A stretch of 64,000 bases of DNA from an uncultured Dehalococcoidia bacterium (GTDB lineage Bacteria; Chloroflexota; Dehalococcoidia; UBA2247; RBG-13-53-26), in assembly GCA_964617695.1 (NCBI GenBank), contig CAZTYW010000001.1, positions 11,684-75,683 of the forward strand. Reading direction: 5' to 3'. The position numbers and the translations under genes are program-made. Under the pieces are notes generated by a model, which was given only the letters and a program-made list of their open reading frames with translations, ran no database searches and was not told the origin of the DNA. Positions 22,500 through 31,277 of the stretch are shown piece after piece. Numbering within the stretch: position 1 is the stretch's first letter; every line of letters starts with the position of its first letter.

Positions 22500-22922
22500 C
22501 TAAGCTCCCGAGCCCTTAACTCGCTTTGCTCCGTATCTACTGCGGCCTTGCCGACGATCAACCACCCCACCGGTATCCAGGGTGCCACGCACAATGTGGT
22601 AGCGCACCCCGGGAAGATCCTTAACCCTGCCTCCCTCAATGAGCACTACGGAGTGCTCCTGCAGGTTGTGCCCTTCGCCCGGAATATAGGCTGACACCTC
22701 CATGCCATTGCTCAGCCGCACCCGAGCGATCTTGCGCAAGGCAGAATTAGGTTTCTTGGGGGTCATGGTCTTGACCTGAACACAAACACCCCTCTTTTGC
22801 GGAGACTTTGTTTCTGTTGCCCGGCGCTTCAGCGCGTTGAAACCGCGAGCTAACGCCGGAGCCTTCGTTCTCCTTACCAGCCTGGTACGCCCTCGTCGAA
22901 CAAGTTGATTAACAGTGGGCAT
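22500..22922 (-). CDS. rpsL: 30S ribosomal protein S12
   Basis: [12 protein letters not shown]......K.PAL...[61 protein letters not shown]. Confidence 0.96.
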   Translation of the reverse strand: MPTVNQLVRRGRTRLVRRTKAPALARGFNALKRRATETKSPQKRGVCVQVKTMTPKKPNSALRKIARVRLSNGMEVSAYIPGEGHNLQEHSVVLIEGGRVKDLPGVRYHIVRGTLDTGGVVDRRQGRSRYGAKRVKGSGA

Positions 22923-22961
22923 CGTTTCGTTTTACGAAGCTTTGAGACACACCAAAGAAGG

Positions 22962-22990
22962 AATTTACCATTATTGAAAGCAAAAGTCAA
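22962..22990 (-). promoter_or_regulatory. candidate sigma-70-type promoter of the str/ribosomal operon
   Basis: Minus strand reads TTGACT (22990-22985), a 17-nt spacer, then TAAATT (22967-22962). It sits about 40 nt upstream of the rpsL ATG. Confidence 0.4.
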
Positions 22991-23413
22991 GCTGGAGGCA
23001 TCTCACCTTGATCGAGAGGACGGTCGACCGCCAGACTTGCGTCGCCGAACCAACCCCACCCAACTCGCCAGCACGGTAACACGCCACTACTGATGGGGAA
23101 CCGTCAGAGCTCATTGGACGGTGTGTGAAAGTCGCTGATATAATTGTCACGTCTGAATGCTCATCATCCGGCGGCAGGGCTTAACAGCAGGCTGAGTGCT
23201 AGTTGCTTTGTCCTCCAAAGCCCGCCATTAACTCGTGCGAAAAGCAACTCACAGAGCCAGAAAACCTCTGCAACGCAGCAAAGCTGCTATCTGCAGGCTA
23301 TTTCCATCAGTCGCTCCTGAGGCTATTCCCTGCACCGAACGCTCAAGTTACGAGGCGAAGCCCGCTCTGCCCAGGCAGTAGTGCTCGCAAATCAGAACCA
23401 AGGAGGTACTAAC

Positions 23414-24175
23414 GTGACGAAAAGGCTGGATGGCAAAGTCGCTCTTGTTACGGGGGCCGGTTCCGGAATTGGCCGCAGCACAGCCCTCCTCTTTGCCAGC
23501 GACGGGGCAAAGGTTGTAGCCGCCGATGTCGTGGTCGACGGCGGCGAGGAGACAGTAAACATGATCAAAGGGGCTGGAGGCCAGGCCATCTTCGTCAAGA
23601 CCGACGTCACTCAAGCGGATGAGGTCGAGGCGATGGTTCGAAAGACTGTAGAGGACTACGGCAGGCTGGACTACGCCTTCAACAACGCAGGCATTGAGGG
23701 GGAGCCCGTCAGCCTGACCAGGTGCAGCGAGGAGAGCTGGGATCGGGTACTCAGCGTGAACCTCAAAGGGGTATGGCTGTGCATGAAGCACGAGATCCGT
23801 CAAATGCTGAAGCAAGGCGGTGGGGCGATTGTCAACACGTCCTCGGTGGCAGGACTGGTTGGCTTCGGTGGCAACCCAGCCTACGTGGCTGCCAAACATG
23901 GCGTCGTTGGGTTGACAAAGAGCGCCGCCCTGCAATACGCCCAGCGCGGCATCCGCGTAAACGCCGTCTGTCCAGGTGTTATCGCCACACCCATGAACAA
24001 GCGCCTGCTTGACGAGCATCCAGAGCTGGAGACGATGCTAACAGGCATGGAGCCCGTCGGCCGGATGGGCACACCCGAGGAAGTTGCCCGTGCGGTGGTC
24101 TGGCTGTGCTCAGATGAAGCCTCGTTTGTCACCGGGCAACCACTGGCGGTGGATGGCGGCCTGGTGGCACAGTAG
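23414..24175 (+). CDS. short-chain dehydrogenase/reductase (classical SDR, FabG/glucose-dehydrogenase-like)
   Basis: [16 protein letters not shown] (TGxxxGxG), NNAG, S..YVAAKHG (YxxxK). GTG 23414 follows AAGGAGG with good spacing. Confidence 0.85.
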   Translation: MTKRLDGKVALVTGAGSGIGRSTALLFASDGAKVVAADVVVDGGEETVNMIKGAGGQAIFVKTDVTQADEVEAMVRKTVEDYGRLDYAFNNAGIEGEPVSLTRCSEESWDRVLSVNLKGVWLCMKHEIRQMLKQGGGAIVNTSSVAGLVGFGGNPAYVAAKHGVVGLTKSAALQYAQRGIRVNAVCPGVIATPMNKRLLDEHPELETMLTGMEPVGRMGTPEEVARAVVWLCSDEASFVTGQPLAVDGGLVAQ

Positions 24176-24315
24176 GGAGTCCCATCGACTCCAGGCGACA
24201 CCACCACACCTGCACCCCCGGGACGACTGCCACGGAAAGGCGCTCGTCACAGTGGGGCCCTGGCCTGCGACTCATGTGTCTACGGCAGTGGTAGGCAGAG
24301 CGTGGGACACCCTGT

Positions 24316-24729
24316 TCACAACAGCTCCATTAGCTGGATCAGGGTGCCGTGAGCCAATTGGGGGCACACAAAGACGAACTTCACCCTGCCAAAGCTAGCT
24401 TCGACCTCAGTTGGCGTGTCGTCTACAAACTGAATGCCCTTCGCTTTCAGTTGGCTCACCACTTCTTCTATGTTCGATACTTTCAGCGTCATGTGCTGAA
24501 GACCTTCGCCGTGTTTTTCGATGAACCTTGCTACGGGTCCGCCAAGAGAGACGGGTTCAATCAACTCAAGCATCACATCGCCCATGTAGCAAACGCCGTA
24601 CCTCATCCCATGAGGTTCATATGAGTCTCCTTCTCCTGGCGTCAGTCCAAAAACATCCGTGAAGAGTCTGGTTGCCTTTTCCAGGCTTCTGACCGCTATG
24701 CCGACTTTCAACAGTCCTTCTATTGCCAC
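24316..24729 (-). CDS. VOC-family protein, methylmalonyl-CoA epimerase-like
   Basis: GIAVRSLEKATRLF.DVFG......EP.......V......LELIEP......ARF.EKHGEG.QH...KV..I. GTG 24729 is preceded by GGAGAGG. The longer ORF overlaps moaC. Confidence 0.6.
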   Translation of the reverse strand: MAIEGLLKVGIAVRSLEKATRLFTDVFGLTPGEGDSYEPHGMRYGVCYMGDVMLELIEPVSLGGPVARFIEKHGEGLQHMTLKVSNIEEVVSQLKAKGIQFVDDTPTEVEASFGRVKFVFVCPQLAHGTLIQLMELL

Positions 24730-24745
24730 GCTGTCACCTCTCCAG

Positions 24746-25201
24746 TCATTCGAACACGACCGCGCCGCTCTTGCCGCCACTCTTCTTGACCAGCCGAATA
24801 CCGCCTATCTCCATGCCTGCATCCACGCCTTTGCACATGTCGTAAATAGTCAGAGCGCTTATGGCCACGGCGACGAGGGCCTCCATCTCCACTCCTGTCT
24901 TGCCCGTGCTTCTGGCCGTAGCCGTTATCTGCACGCTGCTATCCTTCTCCTCATCCACAAGAAACTCCACCCTGACCTCGGTAAGCAGCAAAGGGTGACA
25001 CAGCGGCAGTAGCTGTGGCACCTTCTTCGCCGCCATGATGCCCGCTACCTGAGCCGTGGCAAGAACATCGCCTTTGGGCAACGCGCCCTGGCGAAGCAAC
25101 TTCAACGTCGACGGCTGCATCCTCACCCAGCCCTTTGCCACTGCCTCTCGCTCGGTGTCAGCTTTCTGGCTTATGTCAACCATGTGGACGCGGTCTTCCA
25201 T
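24746..25201 (-). CDS. moaC: cyclic pyranopterin monophosphate synthase
   Basis: HMVDIS.K..T.R.A.A.G.V.M...T......[21 protein letters not shown]...[11 protein letters not shown]. Confidence 0.92.
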   Translation of the reverse strand: MEDRVHMVDISQKADTEREAVAKGWVRMQPSTLKLLRQGALPKGDVLATAQVAGIMAAKKVPQLLPLCHPLLLTEVRVEFLVDEEKDSSVQITATARSTGKTGVEMEALVAVAISALTIYDMCKGVDAGMEIGGIRLVKKSGGKSGAVVFE

Positions 25202-25210
25202 CCTGCCAGT

Positions 25211-26191
25211 TCATCCTCCTACCTGAGTCATGAATCGTCCTTGTGGCACAGATCCCTGTGCCACCCGATGACCTTCCGGTTTCGCAGCTATGGCCTCCAG
25301 TATCAGGTGTCCTACATCCTCAGAAGACGCCCCCCGCCGTAGGGCACATTTCAGGTCCAACTCCTGATCAGACAGAAGACAAGGTAGCAGCTTCCCATCG
25401 GCCGTAAGCCGCAGCCGATTGCACCTGAAGCAAAAATGCTCGCTGACCGGGGTTATGAAGCCAATAGTGCCCTCTGCACCTGGAAGACGATAGTACTTGG
25501 CTGGGCCGACGCCCACCAGCGGCGAGCAAGGCTCGAGGTCTCCCAGGGGAGCAAGCCTCTGCCACATCTCCTCAGCAGATACGAATTCCGGAACAGCCGT
25601 GATTCTCTGTATGAGGGGCATCAGCTCGATGAACCGCACATGCCAACCTTCCCTGCTGAGCCAGGCGAAGTCGACGAGTTCATCATCGTTGAGACCACGC
25701 ATGACCACCACGTTTATCTTGACTGGCTCGAGTCCTAGCCTCCGGGCCTCCGTAATGCCTGCCAATACTTCGGGCAGCCTGTCATATCCCGTGACTCGCT
25801 CAAACCTTTCCCTCCTCAGGCTATCGAGACTGACGTTCACGCGCCTCAGACCCGATTCTTTCAGCTCCGCTGCCTGGCCTTTGAGCAGTACGCCATTCGT
25901 GGTCAGGGAGATGTCATCGATCCCATCGATTGACGCCAGCATCCTCACCAGACTCGCCAGGCCCAGCCTCACCAGCGGTTCGCCACCGCTGATCCTAACC
26001 TTGCCAATGCCCACCTGCGCCGCCGCCTGGACCACCAGAGCGATCTCTTCATAAGTGAGGAGGTCCGAATGTTGCTTCAGCCGAATCCCATCAGCAGGCA
26101 TGCAGTACACGCAGCGAAGATTGCAGCGGTCAGTAACGGAGATACGCAGGTAATTCACAGGACGCTGGAATGAATCCGACACTCCACTCAC
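25211..26191 (-). CDS. moaA: GTP 3',8-cyclase (radical SAM)
   Basis: LRISVTDRCNLRCVYCMP (CxxxCxxC), ..RISGGEPLVR.., C-terminal FCFRCNRLRLTADGKL..CL and terminal GG. Confidence 0.93.
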   Translation of the reverse strand: MSGVSDSFQRPVNYLRISVTDRCNLRCVYCMPADGIRLKQHSDLLTYEEIALVVQAAAQVGIGKVRISGGEPLVRLGLASLVRMLASIDGIDDISLTTNGVLLKGQAAELKESGLRRVNVSLDSLRRERFERVTGYDRLPEVLAGITEARRLGLEPVKINVVVMRGLNDDELVDFAWLSREGWHVRFIELMPLIQRITAVPEFVSAEEMWQRLAPLGDLEPCSPLVGVGPAKYYRLPGAEGTIGFITPVSEHFCFRCNRLRLTADGKLLPCLLSDQELDLKCALRRGASSEDVGHLILEAIAAKPEGHRVAQGSVPQGRFMTQVGG

Positions 26192-26194
26192 CGG

Positions 26195-26800
26195 CTAGCC
26201 TCCCGCTGCATACCTCTCCAGAAAGCGAAGAGCCTTCCTCAAGGCTTCGCCCCTGTGACTCACCCGGTTCTTATCCTCGATCGAGAGCTCCGCCATGGTC
26301 TTGCCCATTTCAGGCAGGTAGAAAATCGGATCATACCCAAAACCCTGGCTCCCCCTCGGCTCAAAAGCGATAATCCCCCTGCATTCGCCTTCACAAACGC
26401 CCACCAGGTCTGACATTGATGCAATGGCAATCACACACCTGAACCGGGCTGAGCGCTGCTCCCAAGGGACCCCGTCGAGGCGCGATAGCACAAAGGCGAT
26501 CCTCCCTGCATCAGAAGCATCCTCTCCGGCGTAACGGGCAGACAGAGGGCCAGGTTCGCCTCCCAGGGCATCTACTTCGAGCCCCGAATCGTCAGCCATC
26601 ACCAGACATGGCCTGTCAGTGGCGTAGGCGATCGCCTTCAGCCTGGCATTTTCTTCCAGAGTGCACCCTGTTTCACTTACCTCCAGGCTTGCACCCTCTG
26701 CCGCCAAACTGGTCAACTCAAACGGAGCACCTTGGAGAAGCAGAGAGTATTCCCTTATCTTGGCTGGGTTTCTGGTGGCAATGAGTAGCTTCGGGTTCAC
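26195..26800 (-). CDS. rdgB: non-canonical purine NTP pyrophosphatase (RdgB/HAM1)
   Basis: L.IATRN..K..E....L.......DDSGLEVDALGG.PG..SARYAG.......GFGYDPIF......KT.AEL....KN..SHRG.A. Confidence 0.88.
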   Translation of the reverse strand: MNPKLLIATRNPAKIREYSLLLQGAPFELTSLAAEGASLEVSETGCTLEENARLKAIAYATDRPCLVMADDSGLEVDALGGEPGPLSARYAGEDASDAGRIAFVLSRLDGVPWEQRSARFRCVIAIASMSDLVGVCEGECRGIIAFEPRGSQGFGYDPIFYLPEMGKTMAELSIEDKNRVSHRGEALRKALRFLERYAAGG

Positions 26801-27891
26801 AGGTCTACGAATCTTGGCTGCAGCTTCTTCATCACCTCAGGCATGGTTGTGTACTCCATCTCTTCCAGAGGAAGCCGATGAGGCTCGAACGGACCATGGC
26901 GACGCAAGTACTCGGCAACCTCGTTCGCCCACTGGCGCGCGCGGTCGAAGGCCAGATCATCAAACATGTCCCGTGGTCCCACCAACATGCCCGCCGAAAG
27001 CTGGAACCCATAGCAGATCACCCTGGGGGGGCCATCAAACCTGGAAGGATTGGCCTGCCTTTGGGCCGTGGGCATGAGCGGGCCATTGTGCGAGCCGCGC
27101 ATCCAGCCCTCTACCATCTGAGGCATGGCGAATGGTTCAAGAATCTCGCCAACTGCGGGGAAATTCCCTTGCGATCGCACGATGCATACAGGGTCGTCTT
27201 TCCCCACATATCGGCCGGCAATCAAAGCCAGGCGCTGGGTTGAGGAAACAGCCGCTACATCACCTGTGTCGCGGTGGTAGACCGCCTTGACCACATAGCG
27301 ACTGGGGGCGCCCACAAACACCAGCATATCGTATGTTTCGTCAGGAGCGTTAAAGGTGATCTTCTTGCTCTCTTTGACATCGTGCACTTCGAACGCGAAG
27401 CCGGAATGCATGTTCGAGGCAATCACCAGTCCGATGGTGTTGAAGGGATCGGCAAACATCCTGTACAGTGGCATATTCCACGCCCCTGAAGAGGTCTTGT
27501 CCGCCATGAATATCAATACCGTCTCAGCCTGTCGTTCATCAATCTGCATTTCGGCCACACCGGGCCCCATGCCCTTGACATTGCCGGAGAACGCCTCCGC
27601 AAGGAGGTCCTGACCTGCCCCATGCAGCTTCAGCTTCCTTGCCACACTGGTGCATTCCACAAAGGTATCCCAGGCCAGCTTGTGTATGCGGTCACTTTCC
27701 TCCCCGGACTCGTGCGTCATGATCAACTCAACGTCATCGCCGCAGTTGGTCACATGAAAATCCGCCAGCAGTCCATCCTTTCTGGCAGCCTGTAGACATT
27801 CCTGAGCTCTGTTCAGAACCTCGGGATGGGAACTGGAATGGCCTACCCAGCCACCGACATCCGCCTTAATCACACTCAATGTGATCCCCAT
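26797..27891 (-). CDS. fbp: fructose-1,6-bisphosphate aldolase/phosphatase (class V FBPase)
   Basis: N-terminus ITLSVIKADVGGWVGHSSSHPEVL. About 364 aa in length. Matches the bifunctional archaeal/deep-branching bacterial FBP A/P family as I recall it. Confidence 0.85.
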   Translation of the reverse strand: MGITLSVIKADVGGWVGHSSSHPEVLNRAQECLQAARKDGLLADFHVTNCGDDVELIMTHESGEESDRIHKLAWDTFVECTSVARKLKLHGAGQDLLAEAFSGNVKGMGPGVAEMQIDERQAETVLIFMADKTSSGAWNMPLYRMFADPFNTIGLVIASNMHSGFAFEVHDVKESKKITFNAPDETYDMLVFVGAPSRYVVKAVYHRDTGDVAAVSSTQRLALIAGRYVGKDDPVCIVRSQGNFPAVGEILEPFAMPQMVEGWMRGSHNGPLMPTAQRQANPSRFDGPPRVICYGFQLSAGMLVGPRDMFDDLAFDRARQWANEVAEYLRRHGPFEPHRLPLEEMEYTTMPEVMKKLQPRFVDL

Positions 27892-28081
27892 GCATCCTCC
27901 TTAACACAAGGTTTGGGCACGATACCAAAGAATGTCGCCGAAAGTATAACCTATGAGGGGAGGCAACGCAAACCCCTGTGACTACCATCCGTGGGCACAG
28001 TCTGACGCTGAAGAGGATCGATGCCTCCACCCCTGGGAACGGTCATGTAGGAACGTAGCCTAGAAGTCGGACAGGAACAGC

Positions 28082-28118
28082 AACAGAAAAAGGCCACCGG
28101 TATAGCTACCAGTGGCCT
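28082..28118 (-). terminator. intrinsic terminator downstream of ftsZ
   Basis: Minus strand: AGGCCAC-T-GGTA-GCTA-TACC-G-GTGGCCT followed by TTTTTCTGTT. It starts 25 nt after the ftsZ stop. Confidence 0.7.
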
Positions 28119-28142
28119 CACGTAGCCTCGCCAACTCGGCCG

Positions 28143-29231
28143 CTAAGACCTTCTGGACATTCGACGCATCGTAACCGGACGGCGCATGAAGGCAGGTGCC
28201 TCCAGCCTGCTCTCATCTGACTCCAGCTCTCTGATCAAGCCGCGGAACTCCTCGTCCTTCCGCGCCTCCGTCACCGCCTTAATCGGAGCAAAACCGGTGG
28301 CCACAAGCGTAATGCGCACATCATTGTCGAGCTTCTTATCCACGGTTACGCCAAAGATGACCATAGCCTCTTCGTCCACCGCTGCTTCAACCACGCCCGC
28401 TGCCTGGCTGACCTCAGCCAGGGTCAGGTTCGGTGGTCCAGAGACAACATACAGCACGCCGGTTGCCCCCTCAATAGGCACCTCTAACAGGTCACTGGAG
28501 ATTGCGGCACGGGCACCCTCCACGACCCGATTCTGTCCCGTACCGTAGCCAATAGACAGCCAGGCAGGACCAGCGTCCCTCATGATCGAAGTCACGTCAG
28601 CAAAGTCGAGGTTTATTAGCCCCGGCACGGTGATAACCTCACTGATGGCGCGCACCCCGATCATGAGCACATCGTCCGCCGTCTTGAAGGCGTTATCAAC
28701 AGTCACCTTGTCGCCAGTTATGCTAAGCAACCGCTCGTTGGGGATCACTATCATGGCATCAACTTCGCCCTGCAGTTCAGTGATCCCCTCCTCAGCTATC
28801 TGCTGGCGACGTGCCATTTCGAAGTTGAAGGGTTTGGTGACTATGGCAATGGTGAGCGCTCCACTCTCGCGCGCCAGCCTGGCAATCATCGGAGACGCTC
28901 CGGTCCCAGTACCTCCACCCAGACCCGCAGCAATGAAGACCATATTGGCGCCGCTGACCACGTTCCGCAACCCTTCAATGCTTTCCTCCGCCGATGCCCG
29001 TCCCTTCACTGGATCGCCACCGACGCCCAGTCCACCAGATATCCGTTCGCCAATCTGAACGCGGGTCGGTGCCTCGTTCGACATCAAAGCTTGCACGTCC
29101 GTGTTCACGGCGATGAACTCCACCCCATAAATCTCCGCCCGAACCATACGGTTAATGGCATTCGAACCACCACCACCCACTCCTACTGCCTTGATCCTAC
29201 AAGCTGCGGGTGTAAAACTGGTCTTCGCCAT
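28143..29231 (-). CDS. ftsZ: cell division GTPase FtsZ
   Basis: IKAVGVGGGGSNAINRM...NTD.QAL......GLGAGG.P..G...AE......GGGTGTGASP..A..A. Confidence 0.96.
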   Translation of the reverse strand: MAKTSFTPAACRIKAVGVGGGGSNAINRMVRAEIYGVEFIAVNTDVQALMSNEAPTRVQIGERISGGLGVGGDPVKGRASAEESIEGLRNVVSGANMVFIAAGLGGGTGTGASPMIARLARESGALTIAIVTKPFNFEMARRQQIAEEGITELQGEVDAMIVIPNERLLSITGDKVTVDNAFKTADDVLMIGVRAISEVITVPGLINLDFADVTSIMRDAGPAWLSIGYGTGQNRVVEGARAAISSDLLEVPIEGATGVLYVVSGPPNLTLAEVSQAAGVVEAAVDEEAMVIFGVTVDKKLDNDVRITLVATGFAPIKAVTEARKDEEFRGLIRELESDESRLEAPAFMRRPVTMRRMSRRS

Positions 29232-29284
29232 GCCCCCTCCTCATTTGTCAGCAGTTTTCGTCTAAGAAAGCCCCGGCTGCCAGA

Positions 29285-30523
29285 TCAGCTCTTGGTCTCT
29301 GGTTCGCCGAAAACGATCCTCGGTCGCCTAGCCCAAAGGGTATTCCACCCACTAACCAATCCAGCATAGAATCGTTGCAGGCCGCCACCTAAATCAGCAC
29401 CCAGCATGCCCTCCTGACTTTCTGCACCCCAAAGCAAAAGGCCCACGCTGGCTGCATAGGCCGGATCATCCAAGCCGTCGGCCCCCTGCGGTAATTCTCT
29501 GGGTTTTCCAACCCGAGTCTGGACCCCCAGCACTTCCTGAGCGAATTGATCGATGCCTGGCAACTTTGCAGTGCCGCCAGTCAGGACCAGGATATTCGGC
29601 ACATACGGTGTCTTGGACAGAATCATCCGCAGGATTTCCTCGACCCTGGCTCTGATAATGTAGCTCACTTCTTCAGAGCTGGTCTTGTACTTCTGCAGCA
29701 TGTCTCCGCCAGAACTCTCGACCAATTCTGGGTACAGGCCTCCGCATCTTACCTTCAGTTCCTCGGCTGCACTGAACGGCACGCTCAAGCCAACTGCCAA
29801 GTCGTTGGTTATCTGTTTGCCTCCCACGGGAAGAACAGACGTGTGCCAGATACTGCCATCCCTGTAGACCGCAATGCCCGTGGTACCTCCGCCGACGTCG
29901 GCTGCAATAACACCCATTTCCCTATCCTCTGGCTCCAGCACGGCCTCACTGGAAGCCAGGGGGTTAGCCACAAAACTATCCAATGTCAGCCCCAAGCCGG
30001 CTCGCCTCAAACACGCCGCCAGATTCTCCATATAGCCGAGATCAGCCGTAACAATGTGGGCCTCCAAATCCAGCCGGAAGCCGTGCATCCCCAGCGGATT
30101 CCTAATGCCGCCCACCCGGTCGATAGCGTACTGTCTCTTGACGAAGTTGACCTTGATCCGGTCATCGGGGAAAACGACAGATTGAATCTTCCTCTCGGCC
30201 TCCCTGATTGCCAGCTCGGTCACCAGATGGTCGCGCCGGCGCGTATCCACCGACACCATGGGGTTGGTGGAACTAATATGCTTGCCGCTAAAACCGACAA
30301 AGGCCGCCCGTACCTTTGGTGCAGTACTCTCTGCCTTCTCTACCGACTCCTTGATGACTGCGGTCGCATCATCCAGGTCTACGATAATGCCCTTTTGTAC
30401 ACCACGAGACGGTGCCTGCCCTATGCCGAGAATCTGGACAATCCTGCCATCGCTGACATTTGCAATGACAGTGCAAACCTTCGTACTGCCTATGTCAATG
30501 CAAGCTATGTTACCAGCCGCCAT
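29285..30523 (-). CDS. ftsA: cell division protein FtsA (actin-like ATPase)
   Basis: ACIDIGSTKVCTVIA..........G.G...S.G..KG.I.D......DVGGGTT.IAV...G.......PVGG..ITND.A; directly upstream of ftsZ. Confidence 0.9.
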   Translation of the reverse strand: MAAGNIACIDIGSTKVCTVIANVSDGRIVQILGIGQAPSRGVQKGIIVDLDDATAVIKESVEKAESTAPKVRAAFVGFSGKHISSTNPMVSVDTRRRDHLVTELAIREAERKIQSVVFPDDRIKVNFVKRQYAIDRVGGIRNPLGMHGFRLDLEAHIVTADLGYMENLAACLRRAGLGLTLDSFVANPLASSEAVLEPEDREMGVIAADVGGGTTGIAVYRDGSIWHTSVLPVGGKQITNDLAVGLSVPFSAAEELKVRCGGLYPELVESSGGDMLQKYKTSSEEVSYIIRARVEEILRMILSKTPYVPNILVLTGGTAKLPGIDQFAQEVLGVQTRVGKPRELPQGADGLDDPAYAASVGLLLWGAESQEGMLGADLGGGLQRFYAGLVSGWNTLWARRPRIVFGEPETKS

Positions 30524-30747
30524 TTCCCCCTCCTTTTCTGAAAGGATCTTGCCTATTTCACGTCGTAGATCTGCCCGCGTCCCCGAGGAAACCGCTCTTT
30601 TGGCGCTGATTATACCTAGCGAGCGAATTCGGTGTCAAGCACCTGAGCGGCCCATACAAATCATCGGCAGATCGAGGTTCAACCCTACTTCGGTCGGCAT
30701 CTCCTCGCAATATGCTTTCTATGGGCACATAAACACTGCCGACCCGG

Positions 30748-31002
30748 TCAATACTGTTGCCACTTTTCGCGCAACAAGTCCAGAATGTCTTTCAAATAGA
30801 AGTAGCGTACGAGTTTCCTCTCGGTACCCCTTTCCCTGTACCCGGCCTGCTCCTTGGTGGTAAGGCGTTCGAGCACCCGGACGGTCTGATTATAGCTGTG
30901 ATTCACCCCATTGGCAATCTCAGTCGTGGTGCTTTCAAAATGCCCTGCCAAGGCCTCCTGCCTCAAGAAACTCAGCACAGCTTGTTCATTATCCTGTACC
31001 AT
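30748..31002 (-). CDS. small winged-helix DNA-binding protein (84 aa)
   Basis: AVLSFLRQEALAGHFESTTTEIANGVNHSYNQTVRVLERLTTKEQAGYRERG looks like an HTH plus wing. Divergent from AOR1 and 224 nt upstream of ftsA. Confidence 0.5.
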   Translation of the reverse strand: MVQDNEQAVLSFLRQEALAGHFESTTTEIANGVNHSYNQTVRVLERLTTKEQAGYRERGTERKLVRYFYLKDILDLLREKWQQY

Positions 31003-31222
31003 AACTCAAGTCCTATGATATGACATACGTTGTGGCCTGTGGTACACCATATCACGCATGCTATGATCTGTCAAGTGCCTAAACGGCTCATGAAATTGAG
31101 CCAACCGTCCATTGGAATGCCCAACCCCCTGTCTGCCCACCTGCACAGCCGTGCCAATGGCCGTTCTCTCTCAACAGACCAGGAGTCAACAGAGAAAACA
31201 CGACGACATTTCGCGGTTCGAC

Positions 31223-31251
31223 AGGCACGAACGGCAGAAACATGCGATAAT
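31223..31251 (+). promoter_or_regulatory. promoter-like element upstream of AOR1 (AGGCACG-N16-GATAAT)
   Basis: AGGCACG at 31223-31229 and GATAAT at 31246-31251, 27 nt before the ATG. The same architecture occurs upstream of AOR2. Confidence 0.35.
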
Positions 31252-31277
31252 CTAAACCGAGTCTAGGAGGAAAAGCC

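Noticed and set aside
29546-30541. 331-aa plus-strand ORF
   Set aside because: Antisense to ftsA, whose identity is clear. Shadow ORF.
31223-31237. Reading AGGCACG...GCA as a sigma-54 (-24/-12) promoter
   Set aside because: The canonical element is TGGCAC-N5-TTGC with GG and GC exactly 10 nt apart. Here GG and GC are 8 nt apart in both copies and the TTGC is missing. No sigma-54 activator (EBP) gene is nearby.
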